From Ginglymostoma cirratum (lineage: Eukaryota), in assembly GCA_024137785.1 (NCBI GenBank), contig JAHRHZ010000004.1, positions 11,418,393-11,482,392 of the forward strand: DNA of 64,000 nucleotides. Reading direction: 5' to 3'. Below the pieces are notes generated by a model. The model saw nothing but the letters and a program-made list of their open reading frames with translations, was not told the DNA's origin and did not search any database. The position numbers and the translations under genes are program-made. Below are positions 23,912 to 36,490 of the stretch, one piece after another. Each line of letters begins with the position of its first letter. The first letter of the stretch is position 1.

Positions 23912-24095
23912 GCTGCGAGGGCTTTGGAGGCCAAGTCATTGAGTGTATATAAGACAGAGATAGGTTCTTGACTTGTAAGGGAAACAAGGATTACAAGGAG
24001 GAGGCAGGAGAATGGGGTTGAGAAACATATCAGTCATGATCGAATGGTGGAGCAGACTAAATGGGCTGAATGGTGTAATTCTGCTCCTATATCTA
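23912..24095 (+). mobile_element. CR1 LINE 3' end
   Basis: GGAGGCCAAGTCATTGAGTGTAT...GAATGGTGGAGCAGAC...GGGCTGAATGG...TCTGCTCCTAT tail. Confidence 0.75.
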
Positions 24096-24199
24096 ATAGT
24101 GTTATAGTTTCTCCAATTTCCTTTGTCTTTCCTTTGACAATGGTCTATACTGGTGCAACTGAGCCACTTTTGGGATGGACATTTCTGTCCTCCACACAG

Positions 24200-24700
24200 A
24201 AAATGTTCTCCGCTTTTGCCCCCTTCACTGTGTCCTACTGGCGCTCAAAGTGGAAGAAAATAGATTCATTGTCTGATGGGGATGGGGGTTTGGGGGTAGA
24301 GGTGCGGTAAGTGGCGGTCAGCGGGGCATTTGAACTGATGCCATGAGGCTTCATTTTGTCCAGAGTAAATACCGAAGACTCCCAGGGCAACTCCTTCCTG
24401 ACTGTATACCACTCTGCTGCCACTTCTAGAATGACTGACTGTCTTGCTTCTGGACAGGAAATACCTTGGGACATTGTCTGCAGGGTGTAATTCTATAAAT
24501 ATGACAATACCAGGTGTTGCTTGGTGAGTATGTGAGACAATTCTCCTAATTTAGGTGCAAACCCCCAGGTATTGGTAAGGAGGAATCTACAAGGGGGACA
24601 GACTGAGCTTGCCTTTGCTGTTTCCTGTGTTTGGGTCAGAGTAGGCAATTTCCTTACTTTCTTCAGATTTCGTATCTGTTTGATACAGATTGAACACATG
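24200..24700 (-). mobile_element. LINE ORF2 5' (AP-endonuclease start) remnant
   Basis: ORF 24493-24714 contains PPCRFLLTNTWGFAPKLGELSHILTKQH, resembling the first APE motif (N..GL..K..EL). Confidence 0.5.
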
Positions 24701-24704
24701 TAAG

Positions 24705-24982
24705 AACCAACCACATTGTTGTAGATCTGCAGTCATGAACCAAATAATGACAGCCGATTTCCTTCCCTAAAGAACTTCAGTGAGCCAAATGAGTTTTTTT
24801 TTTAAACAACAAGCTGCAAAGGTTTAGGGGTCACCATTGGACTAGCTTTCCAATCCCAGTTTTATGAACTGAATTCAAATCTTACCATTTGCCATATTGT
24901 GATTTGAACTCTTGTCCAAGAATGTAGTCCTGGGTCTCCAGATTACAACCCAGTGGCATTACCGCCGTGTCACCTCTTCCCC
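24705..24982 (-). mobile_element. tRNA-derived SINE, family B
   Basis: CCACATTGTTGTAGATCTGCAGTC, GATTTCCTTCCCTAAAG, GAATTCAAAT and GATTTGAAC match antisense family B. Confidence 0.7.
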
Positions 24983-25282
24983 AAACATGTAATTTATTTG
25001 TTTTTCAGCTTTCAGTCTTCCCTCTAAATCAGGAGATTGTAGGTTAATGTTGCAAACTCTAGATGATGAATTCCTGGAGGTTTGATCATGTAACAGGCAA
25101 ATAAGCACCATAACGTCAGCAGAAATTTGACAAGCTGTATTTCCAGCAACAGAGTGACTAGTCAGAAGGGTATTTCAGCATGGATTGAACAACTGACTAG
25201 CTAAACTGCAGATAGCTGATGTGCCCAGAAGGTGAACAGGACAGTGTGGGAGTAGCAATTCAGCATCCATGGAGATAATTTA

Positions 25283-25505
25283 GAGAAAAACTGAAAGAAC
25301 TGCGGGTGCTGTGAATCAGAAACAAAAATCGAAGTTGCTGGTAAGGCTCAGCAGGTCTAGCAGCATCTGTTGCGAGAAATCAAAGTGAATGTTTCAGGTT
25401 GTGTGACCCTTCCTCAGAATGGGGTTCTGAAACATTAACTCAGATTTCTTTCTACAGATGCAGCCAGACCTGCTGAGCTTTTCCTGCAATTTCTGTTTTT
25501 GTTTG
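25283..25505. mobile_element. Fold-back Penelope-like terminus, family 2
   Basis: Inverted arms GCTCAGCAGGTCTAGCAGCATCTGT / ACAGATGCAGCCAGACCTGCTGAGC; the right arm lacks hammerhead stem II. Confidence 0.75.
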
Positions 25506-26734
25506 AGGCCATTTATAGCTCTATTTAAATGCTAACTCTTTCCTTTCTACAAATGCAGGATTCGAACTCCGGTCCTGTCAGGTTATGATATGAGCCCAGT
25601 TAAGTATTTGGAATCTTTAAGCGAGAACTTGGTAGGGTTTCTCAGTGGTGAAATTTCCACAATTTCTGTCAATAATTTTCTAGCTGATAATTTCCTCATT
25701 TGTTAAATACACAGCCATTGATATTCAGCTGCTATAAACTTAACGAAAAATTAAAATTCCCTTCTGCTAGAACTGATGGTAACAGTACAGAAGGATAAAT
25801 AATAATCAACTGAGAAAATACAAGCAAATATTAGGGAATTTTTATGCTTTAAGGATGAAGGAAAACATTCCAGGGTTATACTGCCTGTTCTGTAAACTTA
25901 TTCTGGCCACTTCACTCCCTTACTCATCCCTGTTCTCCCTCAGCTACAGACTACTCCACTCCTAAATATTTCATCTGTTTCCCTCCTATCTCTCTATTCC
26001 TTTCTCACTCTTTCTATCACACCTTGAGATAATGCATTTCTGTTGAAGCCTAGGTTAACAAGTAGACCACAATCTCCCTCATTTTAACCTAGTGTCAACA
26101 TTCACACCAGAATGGTGTGGATGGTACTACAGTCAAGTACATGACTGGTCTTGTGTTACTTCCACATAGTCACACAACAAGGAGGGGTGTCTGGGCAGAA
26201 ATCCTATTTGAATTATCACCCTCACCCCAGTATCCAGGAGAGCTGAGACCAACTGTACTGCCTCCAGCATCATTACAAATAAGATTGGCTAACTTGGCAT
26301 ACGCCAAAGATAAAATTGGTCCTTCACCCATTTACTGAATGACGCCACACTGTCATCAAGGCAGTTCAAGCCCTTTTTAAATTGAAATCATGCCCAAATG
26401 TTGCATTTCTGCTCATTTGTTGAATCAGTCCAGCTGTCAAGGATTATTTGAGTACGTGTTAATCAAGTTTCTAATCTCAGCGCAGTTTCCTTGTGGCATC
26501 AGAACAAGCCTTTAGTCAGTAAATTTTCTCAGTTTCCCTATTCATTGAATCTTAGTTTAAATGTGGAAGACCAAATAAATATTGCTTTCTATGTTGTCAA
26601 TCTTAAGTTAGACAAAAGGTGGAGGAAGAAATTATGATTGAGTTGGTTCTTTCATGTACTCCCATCTGGGATTAAGTAATTCACTATTTGATTAATCAAT
26701 TGGAGTCAGTGAGAATCAGAACAGTCCCTACCTG

Positions 26735-26840
26735 AATCATCAACTTTCCTGCTCCTCTATTGCTGCCTGACCTGCTGTGGTCCCCCAGCTCCACACTGTG
26801 TTATCTCTGACTCCAGCATCTGCAGTTCTTGCTGTCTCTG
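26735..26840 (+). mobile_element. Older family-1 Penelope-like terminus
   Basis: TTTCCTGCTCCTCTATTGCTGCCTGACCTGCTGTG...TTATCTC...CTCCAGCATCTGCAGT aligns with 48-130. Confidence 0.7.
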
Positions 26841-26842
26841 AG

Positions 26843-27325
26843 AGGTAAACTCTCACTGCTTGGTGTCAAACCTGGCACAAATGAGGATGGTGCTGGTTGT
26901 TGGAGGTGAGTCTTCTCAGCTTCAGGACATCTCTGTAGGAGTTTCTCAGCATAGTATCCTGGGCTCAACCATCTTTAGCTGCTTCATCAATTCCCTTCCC
27001 TTCATCAAAAGGTCAGAAGTGGGGATACTCACTGATGATTACACAATGTTCAGCAACTCCTCAGGCAATGAAGCAGTCCATATTCAGATGTAACAAGATC
27101 TGGACAACATCTGGATATGAGTTCACAATTGGCAAGTGACATTCGGGCAACACTAACACCAGTCAATGACCATATCCAACAAGAAGTAATCTAATCATCA
27201 CACGTTGACATTGAGTAGCATTGCCATCACTCTGCGTCCCCATCATCAACATCTTTAGAGTTATCATTAATGAGAATCTGAATTGGGCAAGCAATATAAA
27301 TATACTGTGGCAATAAGAGCAGGTA
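26843..27325 (+). mobile_element. CR1-like reverse-transcriptase fragment
   Basis: ORF 26860-27093: GVSQHSILGSTIFSCFINSLPFIKRSEVGILTDDYTMF, a degenerate GVPQGSVLGP...(Y/F)ADD RT core. Confidence 0.8.
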
Positions 27326-27929
27326 TGTGTTCATTGATTTTTGATCATTAGTAAAATGGATGACTTGGTGGTGGGTATTCAAAATAAGTAGAAAATAAAT
27401 ATATTCTCCCCAACAGAGGTTTTAAGAGCTGGGTGGGCAACACAGGGTTCAAATGTATTATTCCCCAACACCACCAACTCCATTTATTTTGTCCCTTTTT
27501 TTTCTCCTCCTTTGTTTTTCTTGTCACATCCCTGATTGGCTGTAATTTATAAACCGAGTGTTCATTTGGTAGTGGGTTTCATTTGAAAAAAACTGGGTTC
27601 TAGGACAGTGTTTGTAATTTCTCAATCAGGTGTTTAGTTCAGTTGGTGGCAGATTATTAAAACAAAGATACGGTTAGGACATTCCCCGCTTGGAGGTGGG
27701 GTTCAGTATTCTCCTTAGTAACACAGTTTTGATGTAGACCCCCCTCCTTTGTTTCCTCACCTTGTTGACTTTGGTTATTGTTATATTACTGCTGTTGGAC
27801 AGCAATTGTAGTTCGGTCTCTGGGTGATTTATAAATTTTGGTACTGGGTATATTGCAATAGCAATATTTTATATTAAAACAAAACTGTATTCTTCTTACA
27901 AATAGAGAAAAGTATTCTTTTGATACCTA

Positions 27930-28290
27930 GTGTGGAGGGCTGTTCTTTAGCCTGGCTAACGTCTCCATGAGTAGGTCCGGCAGTGGGCCATGGCAGGGAT
28001 CGGACGATTGAAAGCAAACTTAAATAAGCCTGAAGATGTTTTAAACCTGCAACTGCTGATAGGAGGGCCACCAGGCAGAAACGTCTCTGGAGTGTAATCC
28101 ACTGTCATCAACGCATTGTTCTCTTGAAGGGAAATTGAAGCAAAGCAGGAAACCTTTGAGGGAATTTAGTGAGTGTTGCACAAGGTGTGAGGCTAATGAT
28201 GCTCATTTAACTCACTGTGACGTGACTCTGGTATTTCCTGGTGTGAAAAGATACAATGATCATGATCTAGACTTTGAGGCCACCCACATT
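27930..28290. promoter_or_regulatory. Candidate CNE / enhancer
   Basis: Repeat-free, CpG-retaining; TGACGTGA CRE-like site, CATTGTT Sox site, TAATGA. Confidence 0.25.
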
Positions 28291-28764
28291 CCTCTCACCT
28301 ACATAGAAAAAACACATGTTGGACAAGACTTCATTGTTTTGCTGTAATTCCAGCAATTTATCTCTTGGGGAAAAGGAAGTTCATGATCAAAGACTTAAAA
28401 TGACGGGAGGGAACCAAATATAATTATTAGACTTTCACTATGAGGAAAAAAGATTGCAGTAAAGAAGTCCTCCAATCATATTTATGACCTCGACCTTGAA
28501 TTTCATGTATTTTTTTTGCTATAATCATTACATTATCAAACACCAACGCGGTTGCTAGATTTACAAGAATGATAGGCATGATTTCTTCTTTCTATTTCCA
28601 CACTGAAAGAAAGCCTTCAGTTTTAATATCACTCAGTGAACAGCTCTCCAAGCCATTTCCAAAATTTTGAATAACTTTGTGTCCTACGAGTTCATTATTC
28701 TTCACTATCCAATTCTTGGAGGCACAGGTGCCTGATGTTCTCTTAGTATTGAAATCGAATAGAT

Positions 28765-30375
28765 CTGGTTGGAAAGGCGATGTGTTGCAGCTGGTGCAAT
28801 CCACAGTGACCACACCTGCATCAAGTGTTAGCTGCTCAAGGAAACTTGGCTCAGAGTTGATGAGCTGGAGTCCAGGTTTGAACACTTGGTCAAGTTGATC
28901 AGAGAGGGGAAAGAAACTGTGTTTCCAAAGGCAGTCACACCTTTAGAATAATTGCATCAAATTTAGTCTGTGGTCAGTGACAGGAGGTGGTGACTGAGTG
29001 AGGCAGATATTGGGATTCACAATTAGGCTTTGGAGGAGGCTCAGCCAGTGCCTTTATCCAATAGGTATGAGGTTCTTGCTCCTAGTGTAGGTCAGGGTGC
29101 AGATTGCAGGACAGATATGCAAACTGACCAGATTACCATTCAAATGGGGAGAGAAAAAAGGAATGTATTCGTTAAATTAGAGAATAGCATCGGTAGGGGA
29201 ATAGATTCTGTTTTCTACAGCCAGGAGAGAGGGCCCAGAGGCTATGGTTACTTACCTGATGGCAAGGTTATGGACATCTCTTCTGGTCTTGGAATGGCAG
29301 GGAAAAGATCCAGTTATTGTGGTCCATATAGGTACCAAAGACTTGGATAGGACTAAGAAAGAAATGCTGCAAAAGGAATATGAACACCTTGGGGCTAATT
29401 CATGAAGTAGAATCTTAAAGGTAAAAGTCTCAGGATTACTACATCAGCCATGTGTAAATTGCCATATAGTAAATAATATTAGAGAGGTAATATATGGCTC
29501 AAAATATTGGTGTGTGAGAAATTGATTTTGAATCATAGGGCACTGGCCCCAATAGAGCATGTGCATGTGAGTGATTTAGAAATGAGAGTAACAAAAGGAG
29601 AATTTGCTGGGAAAGCTCAGCAGGTCTGGCAGCATCTGTGAAGAAAAATTCAGAGTTAACGTTTTGAGTCCAGTGACCCTCCCTCAGAATAGGGAAAGGG
29701 TCTGAGGAAGGGTCACCAAACCTGAAACATTAACTCTGATCTTTTCTTCATAGACGCTGCCAGACCTGCTGAGCTTTCCCAGCAATTTCTGTTTTTGTTC
29801 CTGATTTACAGCATCCGCAGTTCTTTCCGCTTTTATTGAGTACAGGTGCAGTGTTGTGGAGCAGTGAACAATAAACACAATGTGACAGGAAGGAGCAGAA
29901 AATATAAGTGAAGAATCAGCAGAAAATTAGAATCAGAAAAAGAATTAATGGTAAGAAGTCAAAGTTTAAGGCTTTTTATCTGAATGTTCACAGCATTTGA
30001 AACAAGCTAGGTAAACTGATGGTGCAAATAGAAACAAATTGATATAGCCTGGCAGGCATTGCAGAGACATGGTTGCAGGGTGACCAAGACTGGGAACTCA
30101 ATACTCAAAGATATTTAACTTTTGGGAAAATATGAAAAAAGGAGAAGGAAGTGGGGTAGCTTTGTTAATAAAATATGGATCTGAATGTGGTGGTGAGCAG
30201 TTATTTAGATGCATTAGATTGTGATCTAAAATCCATCTGTGCGGGAAATAAGAAATGACAAGGAAAAGAAGTCACAGGTAGGAGTCGCCTATAGGCTTCC
30301 AAAGAGTTACCTCACCCCAAGTCAAAATATAAATTAGGGAATAATGGACTTGTATAAAAAGGGCACTAGAGCCTA
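28765..30375 (+). mobile_element. CR1 LINE 5' portion: ORF1 (zinc finger + esterase-like) and ORF2 AP-endonuclease, decayed
   Basis: HSDHTCIKC*LLKETWLRVDELES and PVPLSNRYEVLAP...ENSIGRGID (ORF1); KALYLN-like motif at about 29965, GIAETWLQGDQDWELN and GSGVALLIK (APE). Confidence 0.8.
29591..29837. mobile_element. Fold-back Penelope-like terminus, family 2, inserted in CR1
   Basis: Arms about 29591-29689 and 29701-29799 around an 11-nt spacer; degenerate hammerhead motif on each strand; possible short TSD GAGTA (29586-29590, 29838-29842). Confidence 0.8.
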
Positions 30376-30544
30376 TTGGCCACCTTAAATTAAGGAAGTA
30401 TGTAAGAGGTGACGATTGAAACATGTAAGATCCTTGGAGGTCCTAACAAAGCAAATATGGGGAGGATACATTGTCTTATGGAATAATCTAGAATTAGGGG
30501 TGATTGTTTATAAATCAGGGTTTGCCCATTTAAAACTAGATGGT

Positions 30545-31010
30545 TGCTTCAGAGACAGTTCAGAGAAGGTTCACTTGACTCCTTCCTGGGATGAGGGACT
30601 TGTTTTGTGCAGAATGGTTAAACAGGTTGAGTCTGTTTGAAGGAATAAGAAATGATCTTATTGGAACAAATAGTATCTTGACTGGACTGAATTGGATTAA
30701 TGCCAAGAGGATGTTTCCACTTATGGGAGATATTGTGACAATGGGACATGGAAAGGGAGGTCTGCTGTTCGGGATTGAAAAGGAAACCAATTCCTTTCAA
30801 TGGGGAATTTTTGTCCCAAGATGTACCAGAGGCTGGGTCTTTAAGTTATTCAAGGCTAGTTAGGTAGATTTTCAAGAGACGGAAGTCAAGGGGTGCAGAC
30901 AGGAAAATGGAGCTGAACGCAAATCAGCTCAACTATGATCTTACTCAGTCATGGAGAAATCTCAGGGGTCCACCTGGCCCTACCCTGCTTCTAAGTATTA
31001 TGGTCCTATT
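30545..31010 (+). mobile_element. CR1 LINE 3' fragment
   Basis: ORF 30591-30863: MRDLFCAEWLNRLSLFEGIRNDLIGTNSILTGLNWINAKRMFPLMG. Confidence 0.7.
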
Positions 31011-31224
31011 GTATCCATAGTCTTAATAATGTTTTGCACATTTCCAACATATCGTGCCTTTTTCATACTCTTGGAATGCTCCAAATCGGAGAGAGACCCA
31101 TTTGCCTCTTGACCATCTTATCAACTGATATGGTACCTTTAGGATTCTGTGGACATTCAATCTAAGATTCTTCTGTTCCTCTGCCTTTCTCAAAATCTTA
31201 CCACTGAGTGTGATGTGAAGATAT

Positions 31225-31830
31225 TGCAGAGAGTAGGAAAAGTTTTAAAGAATGGCTTCAGGAACGAAAAGTTTATTTAACTTATGAAGCTAGATTAAAG
31301 AATTCGGAGGAGAGAAGGCTGAGAGGAGATCTGATTGAAGTTTTCAAAATCATGAGAAGTCTGGACCGAGTAAACAGGAAGAAATGTTCCCATTTGTAGA
31401 AGAATCAAGAACGAAAGAGTCAGATTTAAGTAATAAGTAGAAGAAGTAAAATGATGTGAGGACAAATACTTTCATGCAGTGTGTGGTACAAGTCTGGAAC
31501 ACATTGCCTGGGCCTGTGATAGACACAGATTCAACTGATGCATTGAAAAGGGAATTATTTGAAAAGAAAAGATAAGCAAGGTGTCAGGGAGAAGAAAGGA
31601 GAACAGCACAAAGTGAGATATTTGTTTGAAGGCTAATACAGACCCAATGGACCAAATGGCGGTCATGGGTCCTTGGAACTTTCTTCCTGAAAAGGCAATG
31701 GAAGCAGAGCCTTTGAATATTTTTAAGGCAGAATTGGGTATATTATAAGTGAGCAAGGGGGTAGAAATGTATTAGGGATAGGTAGAAATGTGGTGACAAT
31801 CAGATCAGACATGTTCCTATTAAATAGCTA
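31225..31830 (+). mobile_element. Two adjacent CR1 3' fragments
   Basis: GAGAGAAGGCTGAGAGGAGATCTGATTGAAGTTTTCAAAATCATGAGA ('RRLRGDLIEVFKIMR'); a second tail starts at about 31670. Confidence 0.65.
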
Positions 31831-33104
31831 TATATCATTATATTATTTTAAATGATTACATGGCATCTTACTGTCACTCCTTGTTCTTGTAGTGACTTAA
31901 AGGTTCAAGTCACCCACTACATTTAAACAGCTCTCCTAAATTTGTTAGAGCTCCTAGCCCCAAAGCAAAAGCCAAGACCGTAGTGCATGTTTGGAGGGTG
32001 TAGCTGGATGGAGAGTGGTTAGCAAGAAACATAAGTCGGAGTTTAAAAAGAGAGGGGACTTTACTGATAACGGTCAGGGAAGTGACAGTCTGGAGATAAA
32101 CAGGAGGGCTGTTTATTTTGAGTTTGACATTTCTGTTCAGACAGCTTTGTGTTTGGCAGCAGTATATCTCCACAGTTTGGCAAAACTTCATATATGCAAA
32201 TTAACCACCAATGCTTGCTTTCTTGGACCGTGTGTGGAATTGTATCATCAATTTTGATTTCTGCGCAAAGTCTGGCCAGCTGAGATGGAAGCTTCATAAC
32301 AGGGGAATGAACATTTGAGCTATATAGAATTGCTGGAAGTGGGCTCTCTGTCCAGTATTTCTGTGCTGACATATTTCCCTTTCGTACTTGACATCACTCC
32401 ACTCACTGCAGGCGGCAATGGGCCAATTTCTTTCTGTGTTCAGGCCATGGGTTGTGCTTGGTGACTGGGAGTTAGGGCTGTTTTAACCCTTGGTGTATGG
32501 CTGGCTTTGTGGATAAAGGCAACTTATGCAGGAACAGGCAGTCAGAAAGGGACCAGATACAATAACTGATCTGCATGGAATTAGCTAATCTCAGTACTGG
32601 ACTTGGAACATGATAGGTAAAATTAGCCTTAATGTCCCTGGAATATGTCTATGGATACTTCGCTGTGATTCTGGCCATGTTCTAATAGTTCACCATCTCT
32701 GAAATAATAAAAATACTACAAATAAACAAACATTTACGCAACGATTTCAAAAGAATAAAACACAGTAACACTTAGGACAGCAAATGATGAAACCACCAGG
32801 ATCATCCCAAAGTTGAATGGGTTTTCTCTTGAGATCAAGGTCTGGTGGGCCAGCTTAGCCAACTTTGTCTTGTGCCATCCACAACCCCAACAAATGGCAG
32901 GCCATCCACACACACTTTTTACTTTCTTCGGGGCCACATCCATGTTGAGGCACACTTGCATTCTTCTAGCTCCATCAGCAGCAGCCTACCTCATTTGGGG
33001 GGACTGCCACCTTGACATTCAGATGGAGCCTCCTGGGTCTCCAGATTCCCTGCTCTGCTTCATTGGATGAGGATTGTGGAAGTGCCTTCTTAATTGGCCG
33101 CCAT

Positions 33105-33235
33105 CGTCACTCCACCTGACAAAGGAGCACCGCTGTGAAAGCTTGTGATTTCAAATAAACCTGTTGGACTATAACCTAGTGTGGTGTGACTTCTGACCTT
33201 GTCTGTTCCAGTCCAAGCCCAGCAATTCCACATCA
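33105..33235 (+). mobile_element. Penelope-like terminus, family 3, degenerate hammerhead
   Basis: CUGACAA-AGGAGC[ACC]GCUGU-GAAAGCUU followed by AATAAA and CCTGTTGGACTATAACC; palindromic AAGCUU in the stem III position. Confidence 0.55.
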
Positions 33236-34675
33236 AAGATAAAAAAAGGTTGAGATAGCAGTCCCTAAAAGTTAAGTCAAAAATATGAAGAGAAATTGGA
33301 GGAATGAGTTGGAGAAGTATATGGAAGTCAGTATGAGCTAAAGTCAAACATTTGCTATATTTAGTTTTATGGTTTTATAGTAGTAAGGATTTATTTTGAC
33401 ACTGGAACAGATATGTTACTGCGATATTAAAATACTCTTTCTGAATTATAAGAAAGGAGCTGAAAATTGCCCAATCCAGAGAAATTGAAATTTGCTGAAA
33501 TTACTAGCAGTTTAAACATTGAGATATTTATAGCTCCAATTACAGCTTGAAAATAATTGGCTGTACTTCCTGATAAAAGAAACCTCACAGCATTATGGTC
33601 TACTGGACTTTTCTCCACTAGACAAACATAGCCTTCTTCACCACACCCAGATAGATGGGTGAACATTAAGTTCAAAACATTTACACACCATCAGACAATG
33701 TATCACATGCAACGACAGGAAATAAATGAGAAATCTCCTTACATCTGCAGTCTTTACCTGGTCTGATCTACATTTGACTCCAGACCTACAGCAATGTGGT
33801 CGACTCTTAACTGCACTCTGGGCAATTGGGGATGGGCAATAAATGAACATATTTTGTGAACACTGATGTTGATGACTCATGTGGCCTCCTCTTTGTCTGT
33901 CTGGTTTTGTTGTGATCATTCAGTTCCTTATAATTTCATTGCTACGGTGGGTAACTATATTTTGTAATTGGTAGTTAGATTATAATCTTGATTTCTCTTG
34001 TGCAATTTCAATGATCACATTATTTCTGTAGCTCTTTAACTCTGTATATACAGCTGTTTAAAAGATTTTATTGCTCCAATAAAAATATATTTTGATGCAT
34101 CCTTCTCTGGTGAATCTAAATGCACGTTACACTTATTTTACCATTTTCAATGCATTTTCCATTTAAAACATCACCCACACAGAGCAGAGATATCAGGAAC
34201 TTAGGCCCAAGGATCAGCTGGGCACATAACATAACTAATCATACGACCATTAAGTACCTTGGCCAAATAATCCTGGGACATTGATCTCTGATCTCTACAT
34301 CCACACTTATAAAAAGCTCTCCTGACAGGTCAGATTCCACGCTAAGAGCATGGTTATCTTTATAATTACAGTATCTTTATCTTTATGAACCTTATAATCT
34401 GCCTTGCAAAAATAAAAAAAGTACATTTACTATATTTTTAGTACCTTGCATTTAATGGTTTTAATCAATCCACATTACACAGTGAACAATATATAAGTTT
34501 AGTACACTTCTGGTATTTACCAAACCGTATCTTTACCATTTTTCACTATGTTCTATTTTAATTCAGAATTGTTACAGATTCCTCAGTAACCATTTCAGTG
34601 TAGTTGAAGTGAGGGGCAGCACTGTACAGGTTTCCCTTTAGAACGGATTGGGACACAGCTGACAGTTGGGAAGCC

Positions 34676-35440
34676 CTGGCACAGAAATTTAAGCGTTGAC
34701 CTGATATCCATCAAATAGCTTGGTCAAATCAGGGTCAGGATCATCTCCTCATAGGGTCAGCCAGCAACTCATCTTGGCTTTTTCTGCCTTACTGTGGGCT
34801 CTTTCCAGCTAGCTTGAGGGGAAAGGGGGGAATTAAGTGAGATGAAAGTGGTTGGCACAGCTGTCAGTGCTATTGGGGGAAAGGTGGTGAAATATCCTGA
34901 GTGAGTAAATAGGCAGTGCAGCGACCATTCATGTTAGGAGGAAAGGGGTTTGGGATGCCTGAGAGCAGTGAGGGAAGATGTGTATGTAACATTGGGACGG
35001 TGGCAGCATGATCCTTGCTAGAATGGGTGTATGGTATCAGAGAGAAGATCGTAGTTCTTACCATGGTCAAGTGGAGAAGGTCATTGACCGCTTTCCTTCA
35101 CAGCTGGGCATTCTACCAGTGATTGAGGAATGAGATTTCATTCCGAGGTTGAGATTGAAGAATTAGATTGCCTCCTGGTTCACTGCAATCTCAGACCAGG
35201 CTGGCAGGGTCTGAAGGGGTGGCTTCCTCCTGGAGAAAGAAGGCTTTCCTTCTCCTCCCCATCACATCCAGCAAGACTTCCGGGTGCCCATTCCCTTATG
35301 TGCCATGACCAGGGCAAATGTCACAACCCATTCAAAGCAACTCTGGACTTACAGAGCTCGTCAGTGTGCCCACCAGGCTTTTTAAAAGTGGCACTGCAAT
35401 GCCGGTCTATTCTGGGATATTCAGTAACGCCTAGCTTAGG
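34676..35440 (-). mobile_element. PIF/Harbinger-derived element with decayed Myb/SANT-like exon (35063-35306)
   Basis: Minus strand: PEVLLDVMGRRRKAFF / QTLPAWSEIAV / W*NAQL*RKAVNDLLHLTM|GTAAG, matching the Myb/SANT-like (AW.EIA...QCRK..NDL) accessory ORF of Harbingers. Confidence 0.6.
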
Positions 35441-35790
35441 GGAAATAATTACCTAATGGTGTTATTGCTATGCTATTAATCTGGAGACCCTGATAATAAC
35501 GTGGGGACCTGGGTTCAAATCCCACCATGGCAGATAATGGAGTTTGGATTCAATTAAAAATTTGGAACTGTGAGCCCTAATGATGAACATGAAACTGGCA
35601 TTGAATGTCCGAGGAAAATCCCCATCGGTTTCACTAATGCCTTTGAGGGAACGAAATTGCCATTCTTCCCTGGTCTGGCTTACTTGCAACTCTAGACCCA
35701 CAGCAGTGTGGTTGATTTTTAGCTGCCCTCTGAGCAACAAGCACTGGCCCAGCCAGCAATGCCCAACAACCCATGGATGAATGAAAAGAA
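35440..35790 (+). mobile_element. tRNA-derived SINE, family B
   Basis: GGGTTCAAATCCCACCATGGCAGAT B-box region, TCACTAATGCCTTTGAGGGAA and CTAGACCCACAGCAGTGTGGTTGA. Confidence 0.8.
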
Positions 35791-36394
35791 ATAGCGAGCT
35801 CTTCTCGATACAATGAGTAGTAAAACTGGGTTAGCATTTCATGTGAGTTTACCATTGGGACAGGGTAGGTAGTTACTGAGACAAGTTTGGGATGATAGCT
35901 CGGGAAAAGTCTCTAGGCTTTAAGGAGAGAAAATCTCCACAGAACACAATGAAATTGACACTTGGCTATAAACACATAGGACTCAGCCCTGGCTCTGTGT
36001 GTTTTTGCAGAATTAATCAACCTGCATGAGTTAGCATGGTCCCCCAGGATGATGTTGCATTATAATTACTGTCAGATCCCAAAATGACTTGTAAGCATCC
36101 TTGTTGCAGACTAACAACCCGACAGCGTTTATTTTGTCTCCTTATAACTGCAGTCTATTAAGGATGACAGAAAACAATGCTCAGTTGGAATATGTAATTA
36201 ATTGAAGATCACGCCTTAATTGTTCAGAGATAAGAAAGACATGAGGAGGGTTCTGGGTAGTGTGATAGCAGGTTTGTTATCATGAGTCATTCGTTGGATG
36301 GAAGCACAGCCATGGACCTAAAGCATTGATTTTAAGGCTTGGTAAAAATTTCTAAGCTTCATTCATTATTAAAATTAAAGTACCATTAATGTGT

Positions 36395-36490
36395 GATAAC
36401 AAGGCGTGGGGCTGGATGAACACAGCAGGCCAAGCAGCATCACAGGAGCAGGAAAACTTGACGTTTCGGGCCTAAACCCTTCATCAGAAT
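36395..36490 (-). mobile_element. About 95-bp family-1 Penelope-like fragment with intact hammerhead core and 14-bp TSD
   Basis: Minus strand AUU-CUGAUGA-AGGGUUUAGGCCC-GAAAC-GUC; exact repeat TACCATTAATGTGT at 36381-36394 and 36494-36507. Confidence 0.8.

Noticed and set aside
25540-25590. Possible micro-exon (TGCAG|...CAG|GTTATG)
   Set aside because: Weak donor and no supporting coding signal.
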